From positions 20,584,001 through 20,648,000 of the forward strand of contig NC_088810.1 of assembly GCF_011386835.1 (NCBI RefSeq): a stretch of 64,000 nt of DNA, written 5' to 3'. Made by a program: the position numbers and the translations under genes. Shown one piece after another: positions 24,201-35,692 of this stretch (its first letter is position 1; each line of letters begins with the position of its first letter). The notes under the pieces were generated by a model. That model was given only the letters and a program-made list of their open reading frames with translations, did no database searches and was not told where the DNA came from. The DNA is from Chrysemys picta bellii (taxonomy: Eukaryota).

Positions 24201-27164
24201 AGCTTGCCTGTGCCCTGATACTGTCAGGCTGTGTGGCTCGCTCACGCAGGTGTGGCAGGCGGCAGCGTGTGCAAAGTCTGCACAAACACCAGCCTTCCCG
24301 CGCCGTCGCAGCTGTGTGAGTGGGACATTAAAGGGCCAAGCAGCCGTTTGTCTCCCTGGCTTTGTTCTGAAAAGGACACCGCCAGCTTCAAATGCACGTA
24401 GCTAATCTGTGGCTGCCTAGGATGTGGAACTTCACGGTGACCCGGGGGACAGAACTCCGATTCCCCCTGCTTCAAAAGTTCAGGCCCCTAGCACCCAAGC
24501 TAAAGGCAACTCCTCATTAGCACCTGGCAATATAGGGCCTGTGACACACAGTTGAGCTGTTCTGATTCCATTCAGTAGGGGGCAGTGACACATACCAGAG
24601 AGGCAGTGTTATCCAGTGACTAGAGCACTGGACTGGGAATCAGGAGATCTGGGTTCTTGGCCCAGCTTTGCTGGTGCCCTTGCCCAAGACACCCGCCTTG
24701 TTCTGTTTCCCCTTCAACTATCTTGCTCTAAGCTCTGCCTGGCAAGGGCTGTCTCTTATTATGTTTATGTACAGCACCTAATGTACTGTAATACAAGTGA
24801 TGACACACACACCGGCCAGGTCATTATAATATTTCTAAACCCTAAATTGCTTTACCTACAATGCTAATGACAACTCCCAAGATTACTGAAGCAGAATGAC
24901 TTTTAAATGTACTTTCCCCATTTAAGCTGCTTGGACAATGTTTATGTTTTGCATTCCACTCAGCTGTGTTGGTCCAGTTTGCTTTTCTTTGCCTCTCCTG
25001 CACTGTCCCAATTCCCCACCAAAAGAGTTTTCCCCACCATCATCAGCACTTAATTCCTGAGTCCTACAGAACCCCTGGACCATACGAGGCAGCACCAGAG
25101 CTGGGAAAACCTTCCTGACCCTGGAACCAGACAACACAAAATGAAATAACAATGAATGTAAATTACACCTCAGTTGGGATTTGAACCTGCAGCTCAAGAC
25201 CATTCAGAAGCTGAAGCTAATGCAAAATGCTACAGCCTATTTATTAAGGGGAGTTGCACGTTGGGAGCCCATCAGTCCATGTTCCATGTGACCAACACTT
25301 GCTCCTGAAAAGCTTCTGGGTGGAATTCAAGGTGTTGGCTTTCACTAGGGAGGATCAAACATTTTCCATCCAAGCCGCTTTTCTCCAGTAAGTTGGGGTT
25401 TTCCATTAAAAAAAATTTTCACAGGAAGTGTTTAATTTCCTCAAAAAATGTTGATTTTTTTTTCTTGTTGGAAAAGCAAAAAAAAAAAAAAAAAAAAATA
25501 GAATCTTTGGGCAAAATCCAGTTTTGTACAACATTTTTTCAAATGTTCATCTGAAAGTTTTGAGGATTTTGTTGTTTGTGTCTGTTTACCATGGAAGGCC
25601 CCATCCCACCCACCCCCAACATTGTCCGGTTAGCTCTAGTTTTAACCTATCAAGCCCTGCAAGGTTTGGGATCTGGTTGCCAGAGCAACTGTCCTTCTCC
25701 CAGCGAAATATGGGCACACAGAACCGGCTAGAAAACAGTAAACATTTCCTCAAAAGATTTCAAATTTTTTTTAATGTAAAAAATTTTTTCCCTGCAAGTA
25801 AAATTTTGGTTAAAAAAAATTATTTTTTTTTTCCAGAAAAACAGAACACTTTCCTTTTGGGGGAAAATGAATGCGTTTTCGGTTTTTAACAAATGCAATT
25901 CGGTCGAGCTTTTGTTGCAAGGCCAGTTACTGAACACGGCCTTGGCCGGGTTAGAATAAACTGTCCCTAGAGGGGTGCAATCCCGTCAGGCCCTGATCCT
26001 CTCGCTGGGCATTACGCTGTGGGGGCATTATTATTTTTTGTATTACGGGAGCACCTGGAGGCTCGTACCAAAACTGAGGCTCCAGCGTGATGGGGCCTGT
26101 GACTACACATAGCAAGAAACAGTCCCTTGCCCCTTATGGGGCCTGAGAAGCACAGACTAGCCACAGCACGGGGCATTCTGGCCACACCCCTGAGCCACTG
26201 TCTATAGCCCTTACCTCAGCTCCACACCACCTGGGGCAGCCCCATGTGCAGGCAGGATCCTTACGGGGCTATTTCCACCCGTTATGGCTACCAGCTCCCC
26301 ATTCGCCACTGCTCTCCACCTCGTGCAGGCGTTTGCACCGGGGTGACCCGTTCGGATTCGGTAGCACTTTGCATGGATGTAACTGAGCACTCGCGGTGCA
26401 GTGTGAAGGAGAATCAGCCCCCAGAGTGTTCAGGCCGGACATCCATCAGGATCCCTGCAAATCTCTGGGGAGCTGGGTTGCCAGAAGCCCACGTGCCTCC
26501 ACAGCGACCTCGGTGCCCTCCCTCCGTCCCACTCCACTGGTTCCCCAGCAGTGTCCCCACTGTAAGGCCACATCCGATTGGCCCACCCATCCAGCTAGGT
26601 CAGTACCTAATGCTTAAGAGGGAGGTGTCAAACCCCCTGACTGCACCCCACAATGCAGCTGTCGGCCCAGGCACTGAGCTGGGCTGTGGATTTACTGACA
26701 GGATGCTCGGTGGGTTCCCAAAGACAGTCACAACCTTGCAGTGACTGTGGGGGGAGTGGCAGAGGGGCTCATCTGACCCAAATTCCTGGTGCATCTGCAC
26801 TGACTTCACTGGGGCTTATACCCAGGCGTGGTGGGATTTGCCCTCAAAGATCCACCGCCAAGGACTCCCCACTACCACAAGAGAGAGACCCAGCTGCCCT
26901 TCTGGATGGCTGCTTCCCCTCCACCCCTTGTTGGCGCTACGTGCCCCAGCCCACCGCCGCCGCTCCATCCGGCCTCCAGCACCCACCCCACATCCCATCC
27001 ATCCTCTGCCCGCCCTGCCCCGGGCCCCCAATTCCACCTCTTTCAAAAGGCAGAACCAGCCCGTTGCAGAACACGCAGCCCAGCCTGAAACCAGCCACGG
27101 AAAGGGGGTACCAATAAAACTCACCCTTAAAGACAAAGTTATAGTCCTCCTCCGCCGTCCCCAT
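15128..27164 (-). CDS. RAB25: Ras-related protein Rab-25, full CDS span (join 27125-27164, 18292-18487, 16895-17088, 16385-16465, 15128-15258; 642 nt, 213 aa)
   Basis: The five exons join in frame with GT/AG ends. The protein has [21 protein letters not shown], the RAB25-diagnostic WDTAGLE (L in place of the Rab11 Q), GNKTD, ETSAL and a C-terminal CCVSL prenylation motif. Confidence 0.97.
15650..15935 (+). mobile_element. CR1 LINE fragment in RAB25 intron 4, same subfamily as 12484
   Basis: Near-identical to the 12484 copy over about 200 bp, with a small internal deletion. Confidence 0.85.
16385..16465 (-). CDS. RAB25: RAB25 exon 4 (81 nt)
   Basis: [27 protein letters not shown]; acceptor TTGCAG|, donor |GTGCGC. 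Confidence 0.96.
16895..17088 (-). CDS. RAB25: RAB25 exon 3 (194 nt)
   Basis: [16 protein letters not shown]...[21 protein letters not shown]; acceptor GGCAG|, donor |GTATGG. Confidence 0.97.
17178..17581. mobile_element. Palindromic non-autonomous DNA element (probable Harbinger/Chompy-like MITE)
   Basis: TIR GGGTGTGTCTCCACTGCA and TGCAGTGTAGACATACCC. Related copies at about 2465-2700, 20065-20252 and 32222-32420. Superfamily assignment is from memory. Confidence 0.65.
18292..18487 (-). CDS. RAB25: RAB25 exon 2 (196 nt)
   Basis: [18 protein letters not shown]...[14 protein letters not shown]; acceptor CCCTAG|, donor |GTAAGC. Confidence 0.97.
20402..20580 (+). mobile_element. Turtle tRNA-derived SINE, nested in a MIR fragment
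   Basis: Same head and tail; MIR core pieces lie on both sides. Confidence 0.85.
20685..21385 (-). mobile_element. CR1 LINE ORF2 fragment in RAB25 intron 1
   Basis: Degenerate RT peptide ...[34 protein letters not shown]... Confidence 0.88.
27125..27164 (-). CDS. RAB25: RAB25 coding exon 1 ([13 protein letters not shown], phase 1)
   Basis: ATG at 27164; donor AAGG|GTGAGT. Confidence 0.95.
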
Positions 27165-27480
27165 CTCTCCCAGCCACACCTGGCCCCCTCCGGCTTGGGT
27201 TCCTCCTCTCAGTCTTCACCTGCTTCCTTAGCAGCCAGGGTGTGTGTGGGGTTTTTTGGGTTTTTTTCTTGCCACGATCTGATAAACCAGGAAGGCGGAG
27301 GACAAAATTTCCTCCCAAGACAGGGAAGTTGAAAGCGATTGGGAGGAGAGTTGCCAAACGAGGGGAGGAGACCCACAGGGCCAAGTTCCCTTTGCTGCAC
27401 CAGCCAAACAAACAAAAAATAGCCAGCCCTGTGCTTCCTAGGCCTCTTTTCGAAGGGGCCGGGCGGGGAGTAGATCCTTG
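27165..27480 (-). promoter_or_regulatory. RAB25 5'UTR/proximal promoter
   Basis: Lies immediately upstream of the ATG; paired CACCTG boxes, KLF/GC boxes and a FOX-like AAACAAAC. Confidence 0.5.
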
Positions 27481-30400
27481 CTAGGCAGGTTGAAGGTGCA
27501 GCTCCGCTGGGTGGCTGACTCAATGGGGTGTGACCTGGGTGTCGCCATACAGGTTTGTCAGGTAGTGCTCACCGCCCCCACCAGTGTCACATGGCTGCTG
27601 AACACACCCACGCACGCTGCCTCTGCTTGTGTTCATGCTGGACTAGGCCAGGGTGCCAACTGTGGTCGGACACAATCCCGGGGGTTTCACCGCAGGACAT
27701 AATCTCGAACGAAAGATTCAGCTTTAATTCCTGGGCACTCCAGGGCAATCCTGGAGGCTTGGCAACCCTAGGAGGGTGGGCCTGATCCTGCACTTTCTTT
27801 GCTCTCCCGTGGAAGTGCCCACGACTTGCAAACTGGCCCAGGCTGCAGAAACCACAGGCACTGCGTTTTATTGATGAGCTGGCATGTTAGACCCCCACCC
27901 GCCCGCCACAGGACCTCCTGGCCAAAGTGCAAGCTGCAGGAGGCCAGAGAACAGGGAGTGGGAGGCTGAGGATGGAGAGAGGAGCATTGTGCAGTTTGAA
28001 CCAACTCTGCTGATCTGGGGACAAGTGCCTTAGCTGCTTCTCTACGTACCGCTGGCTCAGCTCCCCTCGCAACAGCTAGTGGCTGTCTAGTGGCTGATAC
28101 CCAGGACTGACTCCAGTGTGAAAAGCCCTAGCCCCGATCGCGTGAGCTCCGCTCTGTAGGCAGGGGCCGTAGCAGAGGCCTGTCCGCTGTGGCTAGGGCA
28201 GAGAGAGAGGCCCATCACACACTCTGCACCGTTTTTTTTCCTGGAGCACTCCTTGGAGGAGCAGAGAGCCAAGGGGATGTTTATATCACATGAGACAAAC
28301 GACTGAGTATTTGGGAGGAGAAGGGATGAGCTGACAATAAGATTCTGGCCAAGGTTGACAAGAAGGGAGGGAAAGAGGGTCCAATTGTACCAGGGCTCCT
28401 AGCTCAGGGAGCCCCCAAATACCTGTATAAATAAAGTGAAATGGGAGGGACCCCAAGGAACACAATGTACTTGGGCCCCAAATTTCTCTTGCTGCCCTGC
28501 AGACGGTCCCCCTGATACTGCTAAAGTGAACACAAGGAGCCTGAGGGAGGCATTCTCTATCATCAGTATTTATATGACTATAGCACCTAACTGTCTCCAT
28601 TGAGATCTAGGCCCCGCGGTGCAGGGTGCTGTACATAGACACAGTGAGAGACAGACTCTGTCTTTAGAGAGTTTACAATCAAAACAGAGGCACGAAGGTG
28701 GGACAGGGAGTGATTTCCCTCATGGTTAACAGCAGAGCTGGAAATAAAACCCAGCTCACCAGAGTCCCAGGCCAGGGCTCAATCCACTAGGCCAGGCTCT
28801 CCTCTCACACACATGGAGTGTAATTGCATCAGCATCTGCTCTGGGAACTGGTAGAGGAGAACTGGGAAGCCCTCTAGAGAGGTTGATGGGAAAGGATTTA
28901 AACCCAGGTGTGTTGGTGGGGAACCCCCAATATATTTGTAGATCGTTAAGCGAAGGGGTTTCTGAGGTCCTAGTCTTAGAGCCACTATAATCCAGACAGC
29001 TGGCGCCCCAGAGCAGTGGCTGCAAAAGAATCCACCATAGGCTCTTAGGGGAGGGAGGGGGCATGACAGAGCCAACAAAGGCCTTATTCTGTGATTGGGA
29101 CCACACCTCTTTACTGGTGGGTGGAGAGCTGTGTGTGCTAATGCCACCGCCTACAAATGCAGGTGAACATTCAGCAGGGATGGGAGAGGCCAGGCTCAAG
29201 CAGGAGAAACCAGACGCATTAGGGGATTAACGCTGCTCAGCACTGACGCCACGCTCCAGCAAGCCACTGAATGTCCGTGCAGTGGGTGTGACACAAAGTC
29301 CCGTGGGCTGATTCTCAGTTGCACTAAGGCCCTTTTACACTGCTCAGGCACTCCACTCCACTGCAGTGGCTGGCAACGCTCCCACTGGCCTCACTTGGGC
29401 CAGCTTTTCCCTCTGTAACTATAGCCCAGATTTTTCTCCTGCCAATCTCAAAGTGCTGTACAAAGGAGGCCAGTATCATTATTCCCATTTTACAGACAGG
29501 GAAACTGAGGCACAGAGCAGGCAAGTGACTTGCCCAAGGTCACCCAGCAGGCCAAAGACAGGAATAGAATTCATGGCTCCTGACTTTCTGTCCAGTGCAC
29601 TATCCACTAGGCCACACTGCCTCCCCCTTAGCTCTCAGGTAGCAAATGTCCTTCTATGTCCAATCATTTGTATTGATGGGAGGGAAGGGGAGCGGGGACA
29701 CACAGGGTGTGTGAATTGGCGCGTGCTCTCCGGTGTTGCACTCGCTCTGCCCTGTGTAGACCCTGCTGGTGTGAACTACAGGGTACCTAGTTCCTACTGA
29801 TGTAGTCTTGTGTCAGACAGGACAGGCAGAACATACCCCTGAGGTCCTTGGTGTGACCCAAGCCTGCAGCCTGAGCACAGCGCTAGATTAATTTGCTAGT
29901 TTCACTTTAAAAACCACCAGGCCAGATTTGCCAGCTGCTGGTGTAGATCAAGAGTGATGCCAGTGACTCGCTCCAGATTTACACCGGTGTTACTGGCAGC
30001 AGAATCTGCCCCTGTGCATTTTGTCTTAGAATATGAAAGTTGTGTTCCTTATCCTCTGCTGCCATCATGTGAGCAACAGAGGGAAAAACTAGACATCACA
30101 GCAACCCCTGAATCCTCATAGGAGTTAACTCCCTGCTCCAGGTCAACTTGTTCAGAAATCCACCTCCAGCAGTGACCAGCACCAGCTGCATCAGAGGAAG
30201 ATGTAAGAACCTCCTTTCTCCCCCACCAATGGGCAGCTATGGGATAATCTGCCCCCAGCCCCTTGAAGAGCTCCTCCCACTCCCTCATTGTTAGAGACTG
30301 ATTGAAGCCTTGAGGCGAAGGCTTTGCACTGTAGACGGGCTCGATCAGTCTTAACTATTCTAACTGAGTCTCTTGTGCGTGACATGTTAGTCAGGCCGCT

Positions 30401-31355
30401 TAACGTACTAGAGCACAGTTACTAGAGCGATGACCTCAGTACAAGGGCCTATGTAAGGGTAGTCCCTCTTTGCTAAATTCTTGCCCTCTATATGATCTTG
30501 TGGCAGAGAGTTCCAAAGTCTAATTACACAGTGGGTTGCGGGAGTGGGGGGGGGGAAGGGGGAATATCTGTGAGATTGTGGCACAGAGGTCTATGTACAT
30601 TACAGGACCACCCAGAGGCACCAACCAAGATCTGGGCCCCAGTGTGCTAGGCTATATAGAGAAACATAGCAAGGGGTAGCCCTGTCCCAGAGAGCTTGCA
30701 ATTAAAAGAGAGAAGGCGGGAGGGGAAAACAGGAACAGAGAGGGGAAGTTACTTGCCCAATGTCACCCAGGCAAGTCAGTGGCAGTAGACCCCAGGACTC
30801 CTCATCCAACACTCCACCTTATGCTGCTTTCCCTGGACTCACAAAGTCAGCTTTGTGCTGGCTTTCTGCAGAGGGGTGAGTTGAGCCCAAAGTGAACACT
30901 TCAGGGCCCTTAGCATGGGCAAAGCTCATTTAAAGATCCAGCCAAGTGGTGGTGGGGAAGTAGTCTAGGCTCCAGGTAGCTGGAGCCTGCACCTTGTTAA
31001 AAATATATATATATTAACACCACGATCAGCTCAGGAGAGGGGAATATTGCTCAAGAGGGATGCAGCCGAAATCTGTCCCACTGGCTGAGCCGGGCTACTC
31101 CATCCAGGCACTGCCTCTGATGGACAGAGCCTAGGATCACAGGCACGATGCCGCTCGGAGGTTGGGTGGAGATCCAGATTGACAGGCTTCAGCTGTTACA
31201 CCATCCTTGTCAGATTTCAGTCCCCCTCCACCACGCGCTGATACATCCATCAGTCTGTGGCTTAGGGACACAGCTGCTGTAGGAGCCCAGCCTAGGTTTA
31301 GATCAGGCCTTAGACACGTGCCCTTGTTTGCATATCAGAATGGGAGGGTGTAGAC

Positions 31356-31752
31356 CACTGGTTCTCAACCAGGGGGACACGTACCCTTGAGGGTATGCAG
31401 AGGTCTTCCAGGGGGTACATCAACTCATCTAGATATTTGCCTTGTTTTACAACAGGCTACATAAAAAGCCCTAGCGAACTCAGTGCAAACTAAAATTTCA
31501 TAGAGAGCAGTGTAAACAAGTCATTGTATACTATACACAGAAAATGTAAGTACAATATTTATATTCCAAGTGATTTATTTTATAAGTATATGGTAAAGAG
31601 GAGAAAGTCAGCAATAGTGCGCTGTGACACTTTTGTGTTTTGCTGTCTGATTTTGTAAGCTCATAGTTTAAGTGAAGTGAAACTTGGGGGTACACAAGAC
31701 AAAGCAGACTCCTGAAAGGGATACAGTTGTCTGGAAAGGCTAAGAGCCACTG
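31356..31752. mobile_element. hAT (Charlie-like) MITE with 8-bp TSD GTGTAGAC
   Basis: Termini CACTGGTTCTCAACC and GGCTAAGAGCCACTG are imperfect inverted repeats. Identical GTGTAGAC at 31348-31355 and 31753-31760. Confidence 0.82.
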
Positions 31753-32489
31753 GTGTAGACTAGAGCTGGTCCGGAGTACTCAAAAATCACAAAACGCCCA
31801 TTTATCAAAGACAAATTGTGGGGAAAAGGTTGATTGGGCCAAATCTCACTTCAAAAGAATGCTGAGAAGAGTTTCAGAGGGGTCAGGACGCTCCATTTTG
31901 ATTTTTTTTTTTGTAAATGAAAAGTTCTGTTTGAGTCAAAAATAACTGTTGCAAAAGTTAACATAGTAAAAATAAATAAAGGTTGAAATAGACAAAATGT
32001 TGCCATTGCCCCAACTGAAATTTGTTGGGAGATTTTTCAGTTCACAGCAACTTGCAGGATTTTTAACTTTTCCATCCCAATTTGCCATGGGAAAAAGTTT
32101 TGAATGTCATCCTAGGACAGGAGACCTGATTCTGACCCAGCTCTCGTACAGGCCCATGCGCCTCTCCTTTTCTTAACCACCTCCTTCACAGACTCCACTT
32201 TCCAGCTCTTTTTAACCTCTTGAGCCTGGTCTACACAAAAAACTTAGGTCAACCCAGTTGCACCCCTGAGTGACGTAATTAAGCCAACCCAACCCCTGGT
32301 GTAGACAGCGCTAGGTCGACCAAAGAACGCTATGATGACAGGAGAATCCTGCCCATCGGCGTACATTGTGTCTACACTGCAATGGCGCAGCTGTAGCGTT
32401 TCAAGTGTAGAAGAGCCCTAGGATGAAAGTCCCCAGCCCCTTCCTCATCTGAAAGAGGCGAGACGGGACTCAAGTGTTAAATACTCAGT

Positions 32490-32495
32490 TTTATT
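32490..32495 (-). terminator. LAMTOR2 polyadenylation signal AATAAA
   Basis: TTTATT on the plus strand, about 215 nt past the stop codon. Confidence 0.75.
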
Positions 32496-32707
32496 TTTCT
32501 TTTTAACGATATATAAAAAAAGGCCCCAGGTGCCCTCCACTGCTGTCAGCTGGCTTTCAGTGTGATACCAATGCCTGGATTGCCCATGGAACCATTCACG
32601 TGCCCACTTCACCGGTTCTCCGTTATAAGAGCTTTTGGGGGAAGGGTTCTTTGCCCTTGAGCTGTGACGGCCCCATTCATCCTCCGCTCTGCCCCGCCGT
32701 AGTTTGT

Positions 32708-32764
32708 TCAGGACGCTGCCACTTGCGTGAGCGGTTCTTCCAGATACTGGACAAGGGCCTGGGC
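32708..32764 (-). CDS. LAMTOR2: LAMTOR2 exon 4 coding part (57 nt)
   Basis: [18 protein letters not shown] then TGA. Confidence 0.96.
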   Translation of the reverse strand, partial: AQALVQYLEEPLTQVAAS

Positions 32765-35326
32765 CTGGGCACGGATTATTACACAGCACAGTGAGACGAG
32801 CATTAGTGAATGGGTAATAAGCCACACTCAGCCTTGACTACAGCCGAACTGCTCAGAGGTAGGGAAATATCATCCCAATTTTACAGTGGGGAAACTGAGG
32901 CAAACAGCCTGCCTGGGGGTACAGTGGCCCAGAATTGGGACTGTTGCGCTAGGTGCAGTACAGACACAAAAGACAACCCAGGCCCTACCCTGAAGTCACA
33001 CGGATTTTGTAGGCCGTTATAAAATCTATGCTATACACCACGGATCCCACATTCACTAAGCTCTGGTAGCTTACAGAGGCCTTAAAATGTAAGTGCAACT
33101 TGTTCCCAATTTTAGGCTCCCCCTTTGCTAGATTGGGGTTAAGGGGCCTTTGGGTAAAGTGAGAATGAGGCCCTTTGGTTCCCCAAAACTTCATCTAGGT
33201 TCCCCCCCCCCAATGCCATTCTACAAACCCCCCCGTTCCCCCAACATCAGTTAGAAATCCGCTCATCCTATGCAGAGCTCACTAATCCACTTTTCAAAAA
33301 GAACAGGAGTACTTGTGGCACCTTAGAGACTAACAAATTTTCAACGTACAAACCACTTTTCAAACTGCAGCTACACAGCCGGCTACCAGCAGCCCCTGCC
33401 CTCCCCTCAGATGAGATCAGTCAGCGCAGCATCACCTTGGCTTTCAGCATCCCAAATCCAACGGTCTCTTTTGCATACATGCACAGCAAGAGATTCGCCA
33501 CCCGGGTGATAGCAACACGACCCTCCTGCAAAGGGGGAAGAAAAATGCATTTGATTGATAGGTTTGCAGAATTCTGCCCTCGCACCCCATGTCCCAGGGT
33601 CCATAGGTACCCTAGAATAGCCATTTTGACCTTCTGCTTTTAGAGTCAAGATACTGGGGACCTGGATTCTCTTCCCAGTTCTGCCACTGGCCTACTGGGT
33701 GACCTCAGAAACCCTCTGTAAGACTGGAGACTGTGAATGGCTGAGAGATCTACTGATGCCAGTGTTCTGCTTCAGAGCTAGGTACCACGTTCCTACTGCC
33801 CTGCACACGGTGGTCAAAACAACTGTACAATGTTATCCAATCGGACTGTCCAGTCACACTTGAAAGTCTAGATCATTCTTAAAAAGCAAGGCATTTGCTC
33901 TGAAATAAGCCCTTTCAACTATGTGAGGGTGGGGAGAGGGGAATGACAACCTTCTTAAAGTTTTGGCTTTCGATAACTTGCATTCTTATAGCACGTTCCA
34001 TTATAGGATCTCGGAGCACTTAATTTCTACCTCCACTCCACCCCATGAAGCAGCTATTAGCCTTGTTTTACACCTGGGGAAACTGAGGCAGAAAGAGGCA
34101 GTTGCCCAATGTGAGTCGGTGGCAGAGCTGGGAACAGGAGTCTGTAGTCTTGTGTGCTAATTCCACACTTGTTTCAGGGATCTATGGGTTAAACTGGGAA
34201 GAGTAGAGACTTGCAGCTCCCCTCCTGCAGAGAAACTCAGCCTTCCGTATGGGAATTCAGCCCTTGCCCCATTCCTCCCCTTCCCCCCTCCCAATGTACC
34301 ATGCAGTCCATAAGAATGAATTTCAGATTATCCTCGTTGAAAGCCTGGTGACCATTCTTGTCATAGGCCACCCAAATGTTACTGGCAATGGCCGCAGTGA
34401 CCCTGGCATCTGTGTCTCCATAACCAGAATACGCGAGCAGAGATCCCTCATTGTTCAGAAGCCTACAAAGGAGAGAGGAGGAGAATTTGAGCCAAACACC
34501 CACAGGGCTTTACACCACGTCTGCTTAGGCATGGGCTTTATTCATAGGGGTTTCTATGATGCTCCATCACCTTAGTACCCGATCAGACAGATCATGCACT
34601 GACCCTCCTGACACAGGTCTCACCCTCCTTTTACTGAGAAGGAATCTCAGGCTCAAGGTGAAGTGACATACCCAAGGTCAGACGGGAAGGCAGTGGCAGA
34701 GTTTTTTCTTTATCCACCAGACCATCCTTCCTCCTAGCAGGGATGCTCTTTTTCCATGGGTGCAGCTACTAGGAAGAAGGAGTTAAGGGGGAATGGACCC
34801 ACCCCCCCCCCCCAATTTTTTTTACCATCTAGTGGATATTTCTCTGGATTCAGCCACAGCAGTTGTGCAAGCTCAGGATTTCCCACCCCCAGTTCTCATG
34901 TGGCTGGAGCTCTGCCCGCCCTCAAACTCCACCCGTCTACAGTGGGAAGGGGTGTATTAAACATATTTACACAGATCCCACTGTTACCCACTCCCATTTC
35001 TTTGCACTGGTGTAGCTGCCCTCATGCAAACTCCCAGCATGGCTGGCCTAAGCAAGGAACACAGACAACGGTCATGTGATGATACCAAAGCGCGCTGCAA
35101 CGGTGTCCCTCAACAGGGAGAATACTAGTAATCTGTTCTCCAAGTCCCCTCCCCACAATGCCTTTTGGTGGGGGGATGAGTATTCCTTATTGGGGTACAC
35201 TGGGCTGCCCCCTCCTCCCCACTGCTTTCAGGTAGGTTGTATTGCACAATTCCTTGTGTGTGTGGTGGTGGGGGAGGGGGGGACACGAGACGAACACGGA
35301 GATGTCCCTGTTCCTACCTGGGCACC

Positions 35327-35358
<32 letters not shown>

Positions 35359-35567
35359 AGATGGGGAAGACCATTTGCACCCGGGGGGGGCACTAATCCT
35401 TAATGGGACCACTGATCTAGCCACAATACTTTAGGGTGAAGGCTCCCTGACCCATACCCAGCCACCCCACACTCCTCCCCCAAACACCTTTATACTCACA
35501 GGGTGCTCTGGACCCCTCCAGTGTTGGCCTGGCTCAGGACCTGGGTAAGGGCCTTGGGGCGCAGCAT
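32708..35567 (-). CDS. LAMTOR2: Ragulator complex protein LAMTOR2, full CDS span (join 35500-35567, 34300-34462, 33436-33525, 32708-32764; 378 nt, 125 aa)
   Basis: The joined exons give [53 protein letters not shown]...[18 protein letters not shown]-stop; all introns are GT/AG. Confidence 0.98.
33299..33352. mobile_element. Micro-fragment of an abundant turtle retroelement end (probably Penelope-like)
   Basis: AAGAACAGGAGTACTTGTGGCACCTTAGAGACTAACAAATTT; a related copy lies at about 22692-22741. Family name is from memory. Confidence 0.45.
33436..33525 (-). CDS. LAMTOR2: LAMTOR2 exon 3 (90 nt)
   Basis: [30 protein letters not shown]; acceptor TTTGCAG|, donor |GTGATG. Confidence 0.96.
34300..34462 (-). 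CDS. LAMTOR2: LAMTOR2 exon 2 (163 nt)
   Basis: [13 protein letters not shown]...KFILMDCM; acceptor TTTGTAG|, donor |GTACAT. Confidence 0.96.
35500..35567 (-). CDS. LAMTOR2: LAMTOR2 coding exon 1 (68 nt)
   Basis: [22 protein letters not shown]; donor |GTGAGT. Confidence 0.96.
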
Positions 35568-35672
35568 GGTCGCAACAGACCCTCTCTCCTCCCTGTGGTG
35601 GTGGAAACACACAGCTCAGAGCTCCTACTTCCCCATCAGCTGATCAACCCATGCCGGGGACCTCCGCCCAGA

Positions 35673-35692
35673 GCATGCTGGGAGTTGTAGTT
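35673..35692 (-). promoter_or_regulatory. ZNF143/THAP11-type extended motif (AACTACAACTCCCAGCATGC) upstream of LAMTOR2
   Basis: Matches the ACTACAnnTCCCAG(C)ATGC consensus about 105 nt upstream of the ATG, next to a GGGCGG box. Confidence 0.65.
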
